A stretch of DNA of 64,000 bases, taken from the NCBI RefSeq assembly GCF_006345805.1, contig NC_042999.1, positions 57,598,001-57,662,000 on the forward strand, in the 5' to 3' direction. Each line of letters opens with the position of its first letter. Position 1 is the stretch's first letter. The translations under genes and the position numbers were made by a program. The notes beneath the pieces are model-generated. The model searched no databases. It was not told the DNA's origin and saw nothing but the letters and a program-made list of their open reading frames with translations. Source of the stretch: Octopus sinensis. Lineage: Eukaryota. Positions 1 to 13,397 of the stretch are shown piece after piece.

Positions 1-3000
1 TGGTGTTTTTTATGTACCACCAGCACGAGTGCCAATCAACTGGTATTGTCATTGGCCACAACGATAACTTCACTTGCCTCAACAGGTCTTCGCAAGCGCA
101 GTTTATTGATTGATTGGTACTCTTAAATGGGCCAGTTATGCTGCACTGGTATAGGCCAGAGTTACAGTCTCGCTCGGCTTGCAAGGTATTCTCAAGCACA
201 GCATATCTCCAAAGGTCTCAGTCACTTGTCATTGCCTCCATGAGGACCAATGTTAGAAGGTTGTGTTTCACCACCTCATCCCAGGTCTTCCTGGGTCTAC
301 CTCTTCCACAGGTTCCCTCTATTGCTAGGGTGTGACACTTTTTCACACAGCTGTCCTCATCCATATGCAACACCATATCAGCTGTCGTCTCTCTTGCACA
401 CCACATCTAATGCTTCTTAAGTCCAACTTTTCTCTCAGGGTGCTCACACTCTGTCGTGTATGCACACTGACATTACACATCCAGCAGATTTACTAGCTTC
501 GTTCCTTGTAAGCTTATGCATGTCTTCAGCAGTCATGGCCCATGTTTCACTGCCATGTAGCATGGCTGTTTGCACACATGCATCATACAGTTTACCTTTT
601 ACTCTGAGCAACAGGCCCTTTATCACCAGCAGAGGTAGGAGCTCTCTGAACTTTGCCCAGGCTGTTCTTATTCTAGCTGCTACACTTTCAGTGCACCCTC
701 CCCGGCTACTGACTTGGTCATCTAGTTAATGGAAACTATCAACTACTTCTAGTTTTTCCCCCCTGCAATGTGACGGAAGCTGTTTTCTGCACATTTTCAG
801 TGTTTATTGTCCCTGAGCATTTGCCACATACAAAAACTATCTTCCCAGTTAGCCTTCTTTGATATTGCTACACCTCTTATGTGTCCATAGCTTACACTGG
901 GTACATCTTATGGAGTTTCTACCTACACCTTTTCTACAAATCGAGCAGGACCATCTACCTGAGGGGATTTGTGATTTATTTGCTTTCCTACTTATTAAGA
1001 CTTTGGTTTTTTGCTAGATTAACTCTAAGGCTCTTTGATTCTAGACCTTGCTTCCATACCTGAAATTTCTCCTCCAGTTCTGATAGTGACTCAGCAATTA
1101 GAGCAAGGTCATCAGCATAGAGGAGCTCCCAGGGGCATCTTGTTTTGAATTCCTCTGTTATTGCCTGGAGGACTATGATGAATAAGAGGGGGCTGTGGAC
1201 TGATTTTTGGTGGACTCCTACACCTACCTGGAATTCTTCACTGTACTCATTGCCAACCCTCACCTTACTGACAGCATCCCTGTACATGGCTTGCACAGCT
1301 CTCACTAACCACTCATCTATCCCTAGTTTCCGCATTGATCACCAGATTAGTGATCGGGGGACCCTGTCAGAGACTTTCTCCATGTTAACGAAAGCCAGGT
1401 ACAGAGGTTTATCTTTGGCTAGGTATTTCTTCTGCAGCTACCTTACCAGAAATATAGCATCAGTCGTGCTTTTCCCTGGCACAAACCCAAACTACATCTC
1501 ATCTAAACTGATTCTCTCCCTAATTAGTTGGGCTATGACCCTCTCCATGACTTTCATTACCTGATTCAACAACTTGATACCTCTATAATTATCCATATCT
1601 AATGCATCATCTTTACTTTTTTGGCAGTTGACTATGGTGCTGCAACACCAATCATTGGGTATGACTCCTTCATGTATCACTTGATTGACTAGGCTACAGC
1701 CAACACCACCAGATATTTTAAGCATCTCTGCAGTGATTTCTGATAGACAGGAGGCTTTCCCTGTCTTCATACTCTAAATTGCTTTATCTACCAAGGTACT
1801 ATCAATTCGGATAGCTGGTCCCTCTGTTAGCTCAACATTCAGCAGACTCTCTTTCTCCCATTCATTTTCTTCATTTAGCTACCATTCATAGTGGTGTCTC
1901 CAAGTCTCTCTCTTTGCAGCTTCATTAACTGCAAGTGAGCCATCATCCATGAGGACACATTTCTCTCCTATGACATCACGATTCCCTCTCACACACTGTC
2001 TTGCAACATGAAACACTTCAAGTCTTTGGTCCTCACAATGCAGAACATTGGCAAATTTTTTCTTATCTGCTTTCACTCTGGCTAAGTAAACCTGTCACCT
2101 AGCTTCCCTTCTGACAATCTGATACAATTCCCTGCTACCACCCTTCTTCCAGTCCTTCTGTGTCTGTTTGTTTTCCCTAATGGCCCTGTCAACAACACTG
2201 TTCCACCACCACGTTACCTTGGGTCGAGAGGGGACTTAGCACCATCTACAGATCTAGTCAGTAGCACTCAACAGGTTCTCCTGTACAAACCTCCAGTTGT
2301 CTTCCACATCATGAGATGCTATATCTACCTTTATTTCATCAAAAGCTTTGAGTAATATGTCTCTAAATCTCTGTCCATTCACAGGATCCTTAAGCTTCCA
2401 GACCCTTCTTCTCCATGCTGATCATCTTCTGGGCATTCATTTAGCCCTGATCGTGAAGTTGCTAATTACTAATCTATGTTATGGAGTGCATTCTTCAACT
2501 GGGAAGATTGTGGCATTTATAAGTAGCCATCTTCCCCATTTCCTGACAAGGATGTAATCAATTTGACTAGTGTGTTCACCAGATTGGTAGGTGCAAAAAT
2601 GACAGGCAGGTTTCTGAAGTTAGTATTACAAACCACAAGATCATTTGCATCACAGAACTCCAGCAGCCTGGTTCCCTGCTCAGTGCAGGAACCAAAACTA
2701 TAGCCTCCGTGTACAGCATGGCAGTCCCCTACATGTTGTCCAACATGTCCATTGAAGTCGCCAGCCACAAAGAGAAGATCCCTGTCATTCATTGACAGGG
2801 TAGTCTGCAAGTGGGTGTCATAAAATCGGTCTTTCTGTTCATCAGGTAGCCCTGGCTGAGGGGCATAAGCTGAGATAATGGTTGCTAACCCATGTTGCAG
2901 CCCTAATTAATCTTAAGTATTCTATCACATGCTCTGACCACCTCGATTACCTTATCAACCCATTTCTCAACAAGAAGTATACCCACGCCCCCAACCCTGT

Positions 3001-3430
3001 CAGTGTTCCCTACCCAGAAAATCTTATACCTATGTTCTTTGCCTGTGAGGGACCTAGCAGAACTTACTTTCCACCTTCTTGGATGCAGCACAAATCTACA
3101 CGTTTCTGTTCAAGCATCTCAACAATCTCACCAGACCTACCTTTCAGTGTGCCAACCCTGAGGGTGTGGGAGGTGTAGGCCCACAAGATCCTGGGATGGG
3201 AGACAGCAGTGTCATGTACCTGAAAAGAAAGCTCACATTTGGCATACATTATGCCATCATATGCGCTACATAATCACTACATAGGAGATAAACCCTAAGT
3301 AGGGATGGGGGGAACATTAAGCCTTTGGAGGTGTTCATGGGAAAGATATGTGATCGAGGTCAGAGGCTTCTGGTACAGGTGGTGCAGGTAGGAAGGGCAG
3401 GGGCACCGCGAAACAGCAAAAACTTAGGCT
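1..3430 (-). mobile_element. Near full-length decayed RTE-clade LINE (APE endonuclease + RT) in a TGDS intron
   Basis: Minus-strand ORF fragments in element order: LRVGTLKGRSGEIVEMLEQKRVDLCCIQE (APE N-terminus, ~3064-3249), VAGDFNGHVG (2517-2810), RT ...SPLLFIIV...LLYADDLALIAES (988-1335), MLHGSETWAMT and GRGRPRKTW (218-626). Many stops and frameshifts. Confidence 0.9.
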
Positions 3431-4859
3431 GCCAGTGTGAGAAAATATTAATGATAATAATGAGATAGAATTGGACATTTGTATTCTTAACTAGAGCTAT
3501 AACCAACAGTTTTTGGTCAGCCAAACTGTGACAAAATTAGATAGATGAATGAATAAATGACAATAATAAATGAGTGTGAAAGAGAGGGAGAAAGAGAAAG
3601 AGCGTAGGTAAAGTGTTGGGAGAAGCAAGTGGTTAACGAAACAGAGAGAGAGAGAGAGAGACCAGAGTTAGGCTGGTTGAAGACAGAACACAAGGAGATG
3701 GAATTTTGGGATTTAGGGTAACATAATTGAACGAATGGGTTTCACATTGCCACTACCGGAGTGAAAGAACGATAATTCTGATAATGAGATAGAATTGGGC
3801 ACTGCAAAACACTCTTAGTAAATATATAGAAAATGTAATTACAATTATGAAAATATAAACATTAATCTAAACTGACATATTAAAAATTTAAACATATTAA
3901 CATAAATATGATACAATGCAAATATATAAACAAAACCCCCAGATTTATGTAAAATCCTGACTTCTTCCAGAATACAGCACTTAAGGGCTTCAAAGGTAGC
4001 AGGTTCCCACCATTGGCCTACAATAATGATTATCTCTTTCTAATCAGGTCTGATACAACAATTTCAATAAGGAAATTAAAGGTGTTCTTTAAGTTTTAAT
4101 AATTCATTGGATCACTGTCAAAGATTTCGTTTACCAGAAGGGTTGGTGTTGTTTAACACCCAAGTCAGCCTTGATTGGAAGGACATCCAAGTTGTGACCA
4201 TCTCACCAGTTTTCAATACATAGTATATGTAGTAATATATTATCTAATATGCACTTTTTAAGATTTTAGGGTCTGATTAAAGTGAAAAGAAAGGGTTTTT
4301 ACATGCATTTTGCCTGCTTGAAATAGTGACAAAATCTCCTTAAAACTACACACTATCATCTTCAAAGAAAAAAACATTGAATAATTTAGTCTTAGATATA
4401 TATGTATGCGTGAATAAAATATGGGGATGGTTGCATTTTGACAAGCATTAATCTGTTTGATAGAGCTGACCAGGGATATAAATGAGAGTGCATTTTGCAT
4501 CAAGAAGTCAATAAGGAGAGTTTCTCTCATGGTATCTACTGCAGTATACTTTGTTCTAACAGAACATCCACATTTAAGTGGAGATAAATATTACTTCTTG
4601 GTATTAATGCTGCCTCTGTTGCTAATATATATATTTTTTAAGAAGCTCACTGGCTAATTGCAACACCAGCACCCAGGAGAGATGAGTACTGCTATTCTAG
4701 TGGTTGAGCATCTATCATTGACGAAATCAAGCAAGGTCGAAATCATGTGATCTGGTGGTCTTGGCACTGGAGATGGCAGGGATTTATCTTCTCACTAATG
4801 ATATGAACAAGAGTGCATTTTGCACCAAAAGACTCTTAATATTAATAATCCTTTCTACT

Positions 4860-5060
4860 ATAGGCACATGGCCTGGATTTTGTTGGGGACAGTCAATCAT
4901 ATCGACCCCAGTACTCAACTGGTACTTAATTTATTGACCCTGAAAGGATGAACGGCAAAGTTGACCTCAGCGGAATTTGAACTCAGAACATAGTGACAGA
5001 CGAAATACAACTAAGCATTTCACCCAGTGTGCTAACAGTTCTGCCAGCTTGCCACCTTCC
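4860..5060 (-). mobile_element. tRNA-derived SINE copy (family with gaccccgaaaggatgaaaggcaaag core)
   Basis: Shares ggtacttaattt-at-gacccYgaaaggatgaaNggcaaag...ggaatttgaactcagaac with copies at 5550-5780, 24950-25150 and 56060-56240. Confidence 0.75.
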
Positions 5061-5549
5061 TCTCGGAATTAATAATGTCTCTGTTGCTAATATATATCTT
5101 TTAATAATTACAATATCTGACAGTCACTTATCATTTATATGATTGATGGCTTTTTCCTACAGAGTAAAATATGGAATCCAACAAAACTTCTGATGAGCTG
5201 CACTGACAAGAACCAGCCAATAGGAAAGATCAAAGTAAAGATTGTTATTTGCTGTGAGGAGGGCACAGACTGATATCTCAGATCTTGTCCATGTCAAAGA
5301 AACAAGAAAAGAGAAACAAGGAAAGAAAAGGCTCAAAATGTTAGAATCCAACATACTCTTCATAGCAAGTGACAAACTTTACCTATATCTATAGATTGCT
5401 GAAGGTAAGTAATCTTTTCATTTGAAACATTTAGAAATGAGTTATGGCTGAGCTAGGAACTGACCTAGTGTTGTGAATTTGGTCAGGTGTTTACTGTTAC
5501 ACATAAGGACATGGATCTTTCTTCTTCAAGTATCTCATAAATATCTGTT

Positions 5550-5780
5550 TCTTTATTACCCACAAGGGGCTAAACATAGAGGGGACAAACAAGGACAGAC
5601 AAACAGATTATGTCAATTACATCGGCCCCAGTGCGCAACTGGTACTTAATTTATCGACCCCGAAAGGATGAAAGGCAAAGTAGACCTCGGCGGAATTTGA
5701 ACTCAGAACGTAACAGCAGACAAAATATGGCTACGCATTTCGCCCGGCGTGCTAACGATTCTTCCAGCTCACTGCCTTAT
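5550..5780 (-). mobile_element. tRNA-derived SINE copy
   Basis: Same family as 4860-5060 and 24950-25150; gttctgagttcaaattcc B-box-like motif on the minus strand. Confidence 0.8.
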
Positions 5781-5825
5781 TAAATATCTTATAAATATCT
5801 TTAATCCTAAGTCAAGCAAAGTCAG

Positions 5826-6160
5826 TACTGGGTGACTGGTTTGTTAGCAGTTGAGCGACTGCTCTATCTGCACATTATGAATTACTGTTAGCAGTACCTG
5901 ATGACTGTTAATAGAACTTGATGTCTATTCTCTCAGTACCCAGTAAATCACTGTGCCAGCACCTGGTGACTGTGTCAACACTTAGTTACTGTGTTTGTAG
6001 TACCTGATGAAATACTGTCAGTAAATAGTGACTGTGTTAATAGTACCTGATGACTCCATTCTTGGTACCTATTGAATCACTGTGTCATAATGGCTCTGTC
6101 ACTACTTGGTGACTACCCTCTTAATATCTCATGAATTACTGTGTCAGCACCCAATGATTA
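5826..6160. repeat. Degenerate minisatellite, ~20-bp unit (consensus about cagtacctgRtgactgtgt)
   Basis: Recurring agtacctgatgactgt / agcacctggtgactgtgt / gtacctgatga motifs at roughly 20-bp spacing. Confidence 0.6.
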
Positions 6161-6393
6161 GGTTAGCAGAAGATGGCAGGTTGCTGTCTAAGCAGGAATC
6201 TACAGTATATAGTTTTTGTCTGATTTTCATTTATAACCCACCAGTGGATATTTTAACCTAAATCATGGAATAGTGTTTAACAGTTTACATGGCAATTGTT
6301 ATAGGACCTGTTCCAAGACTAGATCATAGATCTCTTTGACTGAGGTTAAACAACAAAAAAATGAAAAAAAAAAAATAGAAGATTCTAACCAAC

Positions 6394-6437
6394 CATTTTT
6401 CATCTTTCAGAAGTTGAGTGATAAATCGTGACATAAC
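6394..6437 (-). CDS. TGDS: TGDS coding exon (VMSRFITQLLKDEK-C), last exon visible in the window
   Basis: 44 bp, ttacag|GTT...AAA TG|gttggt. Matches TGDS VIPKFISLLQHNRKC in length, phase and order after the YGPHQYPDK exon. Confidence 0.88.
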
Positions 6438-6714
6438 CTGTAATGAAATATATAGATAGTACAGTGTGTTTGATGTTATGTTATCACAAGAGTTTATACA
6501 GAGATGAAAGAATAAATATAAGATCTATACATTTACCACATAAAAATATAATTCTTCTTTCAATGATAATACATAGAATCAAATTGTTGTTGAATGAAGT
6601 AATCTAATGCATGAAAGTGCAGAGATAGGAAGTGTAAAACAGTGAAGTGGTGGCTCTCAGTCATATCGGCTATGAAGCATATACTGAAATTTCTTCTCTA
6701 GTTCTGGAAATGGT

Positions 6715-7560
6715 TCAGCTATGAGAACAAGGTCATCAGCATAAAAGAGCTCCCAAGGGTAGTCCATCTTAAATTCCTCTGTTATTGCCTGGAGGACTAT
6801 GATGAATAGGAGGGGACTGGGAACTGATCCTTGGTGAACCCCTAGTGTACCTTGAATTCATCACTATATTCATTGCTAACCATCACCTTACTGACAGCAT
6901 CCCTGCACATGGCTTGTACAGCTATCACCAACCACTCCTCTATCCCTAGTTTCCACACTGACCATTAGATAAGAGACCAGATTACCCTTTTAAAAGGCTT
7001 TCACCATGTCAACAAAAGCCAAGTACAGAGGTTAGCTGCTTGAGCAGAATTATAGCATCAGTGGTGCTTCTCTCTGGCACAAAACCAAACTGCATCTCAT
7101 CTACACTAACTCTCTTTCTAATAAGCTGGGCTAAGACCCTCCCCATAACTTTCTTCACCCGATCCAACAATCTGATACCTCAGTAATTATTTCTATCTTT
7201 GAAGCAGTTGACAATGATGCTGCTACACCAGTCATTGGGTATGATTCCCTCATGTACAACCTGGTTAACTATACGGGTAATTAAGCCATAACCCACACCA
7301 CCTGATATTTTAAGCATCTCAGCAGTGATTCCTGAGGAACCAGGCGCTTTCCAGGTCTTCATATTCTTCATGGTTTTATCTACCATGCTACTGTCTTTTT
7401 GGATTGTCAGTCCCTCTTTTGGATCCACAGTAGGCAGACTCTCCTCCTATGCGTTCTCTACATCTAGCAGCCTTTCATAGTGGCATTACCAAGCTTCTTT
7501 CTTTGCAGAATCACTAACTGCAAGAAAATCACATCCATGTGAACACACTTCTCTCCCAAA
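6715..7560 (-). mobile_element. RTE LINE RT fragment (same family as 1-3430)
   Basis: KAPGSSGITAEMLKISGGVGYGLI...EGIIPNDWCSS ORF (7180-7428) and similarity to 1100-1950. Confidence 0.85.
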
Positions 7561-8694
7561 AAACACACACACACACACGCACAGATACTAATTTTAAAAT
7601 GGACAGATTATTGTTAATGGCATCAAAACATTAATAAATTAGTTATACAGATGTGGGTATAAATATAATTAAGAAGAAAATCAGGAGAAAGTTCATAATA
7701 GTTCTACACAGATAGGAGTGAGAACGGAGTGTACAAAGAGGAGAGAGATGGTGGTGGGTGGTGGTTAGTTATAACAAGATAATGGCCATTCATTCTAAAG
7801 AGAATAAGGTGACACAGCAGAGTGTATGAAGCTATGAGCATATGTGGCAGGGTTGAATAGCAAAGAAAAAGAAAAATAATTAAGAAGAAAAGACAGGAAA
7901 GGACAGGACAACAGTCTCCGACTAAGTACAAATTTGCCTAAACATCTACCTGCCAAAATATTGAAAATCCTTCATGTGTGCAAAAGCATGACAACTCCAG
8001 GAAAACTTTAAGCATAAAATGAAAATCACAATGAGGGCTAAAAGACAATCAAGTTAGAAGGGTATAAGTAGTGGCTACTGGAGGACTCGTATAAAACAAA
8101 TGAGTAATCATATAAATAACCATGTCCAAAATACATGTAAAACTGAAGTTGTAAGACCTGGTATCAGACTTTTCAAAGGATAAAGTTGAAGAATTTGAAA
8201 AATTTCACCAACGGAAGTGGATTCAAAAAGATCAGAAATAATAAATAATTCTCAAACTTGGGTGAAATATATCATTTGGCCAATTCCTTTCCTATACCCA
8301 AATCTTGTTTACATAGATTACATGTAAACATCTCCCATTCTTTGATGCTGGATTTTAGGTTTGTGATCCAGTTTGAACATTAATCTATATGTATTATATG
8401 CCTATTGTCATATCATAGACCCAGGGTTGAAGATCTGGGATCTCAAATGCAACTACCCCTCCACACCATACTGTGGTCATGTGCTGCAATTATACATTCC
8501 ACTAGGTCTTCCAAATTAATTGCTCAAAGTACATATATATTATGAAAAGAGTGATAGTCATATCTGAAATGTCTTTGACCATGGATCTACTTTGATTAGT
8601 GCTAATCTGAAGCTAAAGAACAACAACATGAACACAAAAAGAAAGCAAAAATACTAAAATAATCTTAAATGTTGATAGAATATTTTTAACTTAC

Positions 8695-8754
8695 CTTGTC
8701 AGGGTATTGGTGAGGTCCATATACGTTGTTGACACGGATCATAACCACAGGTAA
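8695..8754 (-). CDS. TGDS: TGDS coding exon (LPVVMIRVNNVYGPHQYPDK)
   Basis: 60 bp, taacag|TTA...AAG|gtaag. NxYGPxQYPxK motif of dTDP-glucose dehydratases. Confidence 0.96.
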
Positions 8755-8959
8755 CTGTTAATAAGGAAAGTAAGAAATAATCATAATTGTAGGTAACTAC
8801 TGGTGAAGAAGCAGTAATCATTTCTGATTAGATTTAACTTATAGTGGTGAGGATGAGAGAAAAACAATCATCTTCATTTGTTTTACAGTTGTTTTCCATA
8901 CTAGCATGGCTAAGCTGTATATAATAATAATAATAATAATAATCATAATAATAATAATG

Positions 8960-10570
8960 ACCTAAAACTGTACGCTACAAATGACAAACAGCTGAAAACA
9001 CTACTAAAGACAGTTCGTGGATTTACCAAAGAAATAGATATGAAATTTGGATGAGAAAAATGTGCCAAAGTAATCCTGAAAAGAGGAAAACTAGTTAAGA
9101 GTAGCAACATCACACTAGATAAAACCAATGAAATAAGAGAATTAGACCAAAGCCAAACATACAAATACTTAGGAATCCATGAACAAGATAAGACACAACA
9201 CACACAAATGAAAGAGAAAAAAAAAAAAAAGAATATTATAGACGAGTTAGATCAATACTAAAAACAGAGCCCAATGCTAAAAACAAGATAATAGGTATTA
9301 ACACTTTAGCCGTCTCAGTTATAAGTTACAGCTACAATATCCTTAACTGGACACTAAAAGAACTGACCAAAATAGATAGGAAAACAAGAAAAATAATGAC
9401 ATAGAAAGGCTATATATACAACGTATAGAAGGTGGTAGAGGCCTTATACAACTGGAAAACTATTATAAAATAACCACCATAGGACTGCAAATATATCTAC
9501 TTCAGAAGGAAGGAAAATTGATACAAATAGTGGCAAAACACGAGCAAAACAAAAAACTGTTCTCAGTATATAAGGAAGCTGACAAATACAAACAAGAAAT
9601 CATACCACCTAACAAATATGAAGAAGAAGAAGAAACAAACAAAAGCTATAAAACAAATGAAATCCAAACTAAAACTAGAACAGCAACAGATAATGATAAA
9701 ACGATGGCAAGAAAAGCCCCTTAATGGCAAATACTGGACTAAACTAAATGCAAAAGAAATAGACAAAGAAAAATCCCAACAATGGTTGTGAAGCTCAGGA
9801 CTCAAAGCAGAGACAGAGGGATTTTTAATTGCAGCACAAGACCAAAGCCTCCCCACCAGAAATTACCAAAAACATATAACGAAAATAAATATAACAAGTA
9901 ACTGTAGAATATGTGGAGATGGACAAGAAACAATAAATCATATTATCTCTGGCTGCCCAGTCCTGGCTATGAAGGAATATATTCACAGACATGACAGAGT
10001 TGGGACCTTCATACACTGGAAGCTATGCTAACATTATGGAATAACAACAGAAAGAAGTTGGTATAGGCACACCCCAGAAAAGGTCACAGAAAACGAGAAA
10101 GCAACCATACTCTGGGATATGCCAATACACACAGATAGAGAAATTAAGCCCAACAGACCAGATATAGTTGTCAGAGATCATGAAGAAAAAAAAATGCTTT
10201 CTAATTGATGTATCAATACCAGCAGATGACAACGTGTCTCTAAAAGAAATGGAGAAACTTTCAAAATACAAAGACCCGGAAATAGAGGTAACTTGAATGT
10301 GGAATCTAAAACAGAAACAATTCCTATCATAGTAGGTGTATTAGGCATGATAAAAAATATTCAGACAAATACATAACAAAAACACCAGGACTTACAAACA
10401 CATATAACATACAGAAAATTGCACTACTGGGCACTGCCCACATCCTACGCAAAACACTTTCAATACAGTAACCATCAGAGCATCACAACAAAACACAGCA
10501 CATACCCAAGGCACACAGAGCTGTGCTCTGTAGTGAAATGAAAGCACGATATAAAAAATAAACTGAATAA
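8960..10570 (+). mobile_element. 5'-truncated R4/Dong-clade non-LTR retrotransposon (restriction-like endonuclease) inserted in (TAA)n
   Basis: RLY..RIEGGRGL, ETEGFLIAAQDQSL, CCHC finger CRICGDGQETINHIISGC and RLE motif NRPDIV...LIDVSIP...KY. Flanked by (TAA)n at 8921-8958 and 10566-10580, the known Dong target. Confidence 0.88.
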
Positions 10571-10589
10571 TAATAATAATGAAATTATT

Positions 10590-12160
10590 GTTATCAGTGC
10601 TCAGGTGCACCACAACTTGTCAAAAGTGTGTATAAAGCATATGCAGTAATGTACAAATGTCTGGGAAGTGAACAGTGTATGAGTCAGATACATGCTTGTG
10701 TGTGTATGGAGGGAAGAAAATCAGGTGTAGTGTAGGCGAATCTCAGGAAGCATGGAAGTTTTGAAGGATGCAGTACTCCACCAACTAACAACTGATGCTG
10801 GCAGTTTGTTCCGTACTTCAGCAACTCTTAGCGTGAAAAAATGTTTCCGAAAGTCATGGGAGCTGTGCTGTTTTCTGACTTTGTAACCATGTCCACGGAT
10901 GTTAGACAGGTGGAGTTTGAAAAGGTGCTCAGAGTTATTGTTAGCAAGATGGTTAATAATTTTATGAGTGTCTGCCAAGTCAGCTGCCAGACGTTGGAGT
11001 TTCAATGTATCCATACCCAGGAAAGTAAGGCATTCAGAATATGGCAAATGCCTGATGGAGGGTATTCTTTTGGTTACATGTCGCTGAACGGTTTCCAGGC
11101 GATTAATATAAGACCGGTGATGCAAATTCCAGGTGAGGCCACACCATAGCTATATAAAGCCTCAGATAGATAGCCAGAGAGCGGCTCACAAAGGACTTGG
11201 TAAGTGATGCCAGGACACCTTCAGCCTACTTGGCAATTTTAGCAATGTGTTTTGTCCAGCGCAAATCGCTATTGACAATAATGCCCAGGTCATGTTCACA
11301 TGAAGACTTTTTGAGATTAGTGTTGTGGAGGGAGTAAGTAGACGCTGGATTTTTCCTCCCAAAATGCATGGTGGTACATTTGTACACAGCCAGCTTGAGT
11401 CCAGGTCTGCATTGTGTCCAGGCCTGATTGCAATAAAGATCTATAGTGTACAGGATCTGTCCGCTTTATTTCGAGGTACAGCTTGATGTCATCTGCATAT
11501 TTCAGCACTGTGGCATTCTTTAAGTTGGCATCTATGTCATTAACATATGCAACAAATAAAAGGGGGCCAAGAACAGATCCCTGTGGTACACTAGATGTCA
11601 TCTTATAGGGTGAAGAGTGCTATCCTAGAACTGTGACAACCTCTTTTCGACCGATAATGAAGGACTTCAACCAGTTATAGAGATCATCATTTACACCCAT
11701 TGCAGAGAGTTTTGCCATAAGTCTTTTGTGTGACACAGAATTAAAAGCCTTAGCAAAGTCCGGGTAAACAACATCCACCCAGGATCCGCGATCAGTGATT
11801 TGGGTAACGTCCTCAAGAAACTTGATGAGTTGATTACAGCAACTGAAGTTAGAAATAAATCCAAATTGTGATAGCTGGATGAGGCTGTGAGACTTCCAGA
11901 AGTTCCAGAGGGTTTCTCTGATACAGCATTCCATCAGTTTGGCGATGCAGCTAGTAAGACTGACGGGGCAATAGTTGACAGGTGATGTGCAGTCAACTTT
12001 TTTGAACAGAGGGATAACACTGGCAGTTTTCCATTGCTCTGGAGTAACACCATTGTCAAGACAGAATTGAAAAAATAGTGAAAGATGGTTTAGAAGGAAG
12101 TACCCACCGCGTTTGAGAAGTAGGTATGTAACACCATCGAGACCAGGAGAGGCATAGTTA
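10590..12160 (-). mobile_element. 5'-truncated CR1-clade LINE (RT + 3' end)
   Basis: DFAKAFNSVSH, SVPQGSVLGPLLF, KYADD, RLETVQRHVTKRIP, FRKHFFTLRV: characteristic CR1 RT and C-terminal motifs, with frameshifts. Confidence 0.9.
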
Positions 12161-12161
12161 C

Positions 12162-12209
<48 letters not shown>

Positions 12210-12354
12210 CTGTGTGTGTGTGTTTATATTACTGAGGTGCAGGCAAGGCTGTGTGGTAAAAAGTTTGCTTCCTGGCTACATGGGTCTGGATTCAGTAAAA
12301 ATCTGCTTCAAATAAACACTAAGGAAAAATGGACATTAAATACATATAAGTATG

Positions 12355-12610
12355 TATTGGGTTGGTGCATAATTATTGTGGTTTTTTTTCAAAAAATTTT
12401 GTTCAACAAAAACAATAACAATATTTAACAAAAACATCTTTAAATGACGGTCTGACCATCTGCCAAGCAATTGGAAAGCAGTAATTGAAGTAGATGGTGA
12501 ATACACTCTGGAATAATCATTTAAAGATGTTTTTGTTACAGGCTGTTATTGTTTTTGTTGAATAAAATTTGTTGAAAAGAAAGCCACGATAATTATGCAC
12601 CAACCTGATA
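12355..12610. mobile_element. Internally deleted mariner element (MITE) with TIRs and TA TSD
   Basis: TA-ttgggttggtgcataattat ... ataattatgcaccaacctga-TA. The interior retains the mariner C-terminal coding remnant (LPSNWKAVIEVDGEY..*). Confidence 0.85.
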
Positions 12611-13298
12611 GTAATAATAAACTCAGAAGGCGTGATTGACACTTTTAAGCTTTACATAACACACATGTTTCCACAGGCTGATTGCCATTATTATGTCAGT
12701 CAATTAGGTCTATTACATAATACAACTGACTCACTTCCTTAGCATTGACAGCAAATAATAGTTCTCTCGGCTGTGTCAGTGAATACTTTCTACTAATGAA
12801 GCTTAAAAATGCAGAAATGCAGGTTTAGCAATAGCACTGCTTCCGCTGGGGGTTTTCACCTGCTACTGTTATATTTCTGTGCTTCTTAAAATTATATATC
12901 TATAAGAGATGTTTTCTCAAGGTGAATACCACAGTTTTGAAGGCTTTGAACTGTATGTATGCATTAAGTGTGATATACCAATTGCTAATACTGCTTCTGT
13001 TGGTAATAATAAATGTGTATGTGTGTGTTTGTTTGTGTGTGTATACAACAGGTTTTGTAGAACTTCTGTTTTATAGAACCATATTCACTCACAAAACAGT
13101 AGTTGGCCCAGGGCAATAGTAGGTACTTACCCAAGGTGAAACGCAATGGGACTGAACCCAAAACCATGTGGTTGTAAAGACAACTTCTTAACCACAGTCA
13201 TGCCTGTGCCAAGGTAAATTGTTGGCGATGGTTTCAGTAGAAGCTGAACACCCACAATATCAACAAATATACACAGTAGAAAAAAAGTGTTTTTTTAC

Positions 13299-13397
13299 CT
13301 TGTAAGTTCTCCAGTATGACATCACAATGCACTCTGCTGCAGCTTTAGTTGCAGCATATGGATTGCTTGGTTGGAAGCTGCTTTCCTCACAACATAT
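13299..13397 (-). CDS. TGDS: TGDS coding exon with catalytic YxxxK ([33 protein letters not shown])
   Basis: 99 bp, tacaag|ATA...AAG|gtaaaa. PxNPYAAxKAAAE SDR active-site motif. Confidence 0.97.

Noticed and set aside
5163-5404. Plus-strand segment bounded by a good acceptor (tttttcctacag) and donor (gaag|gtaagt), antisense to TGDS
   Set aside because: Stops in all three frames and no partner exons identified; splice-like sites of this kind arise by chance without RNA evidence.
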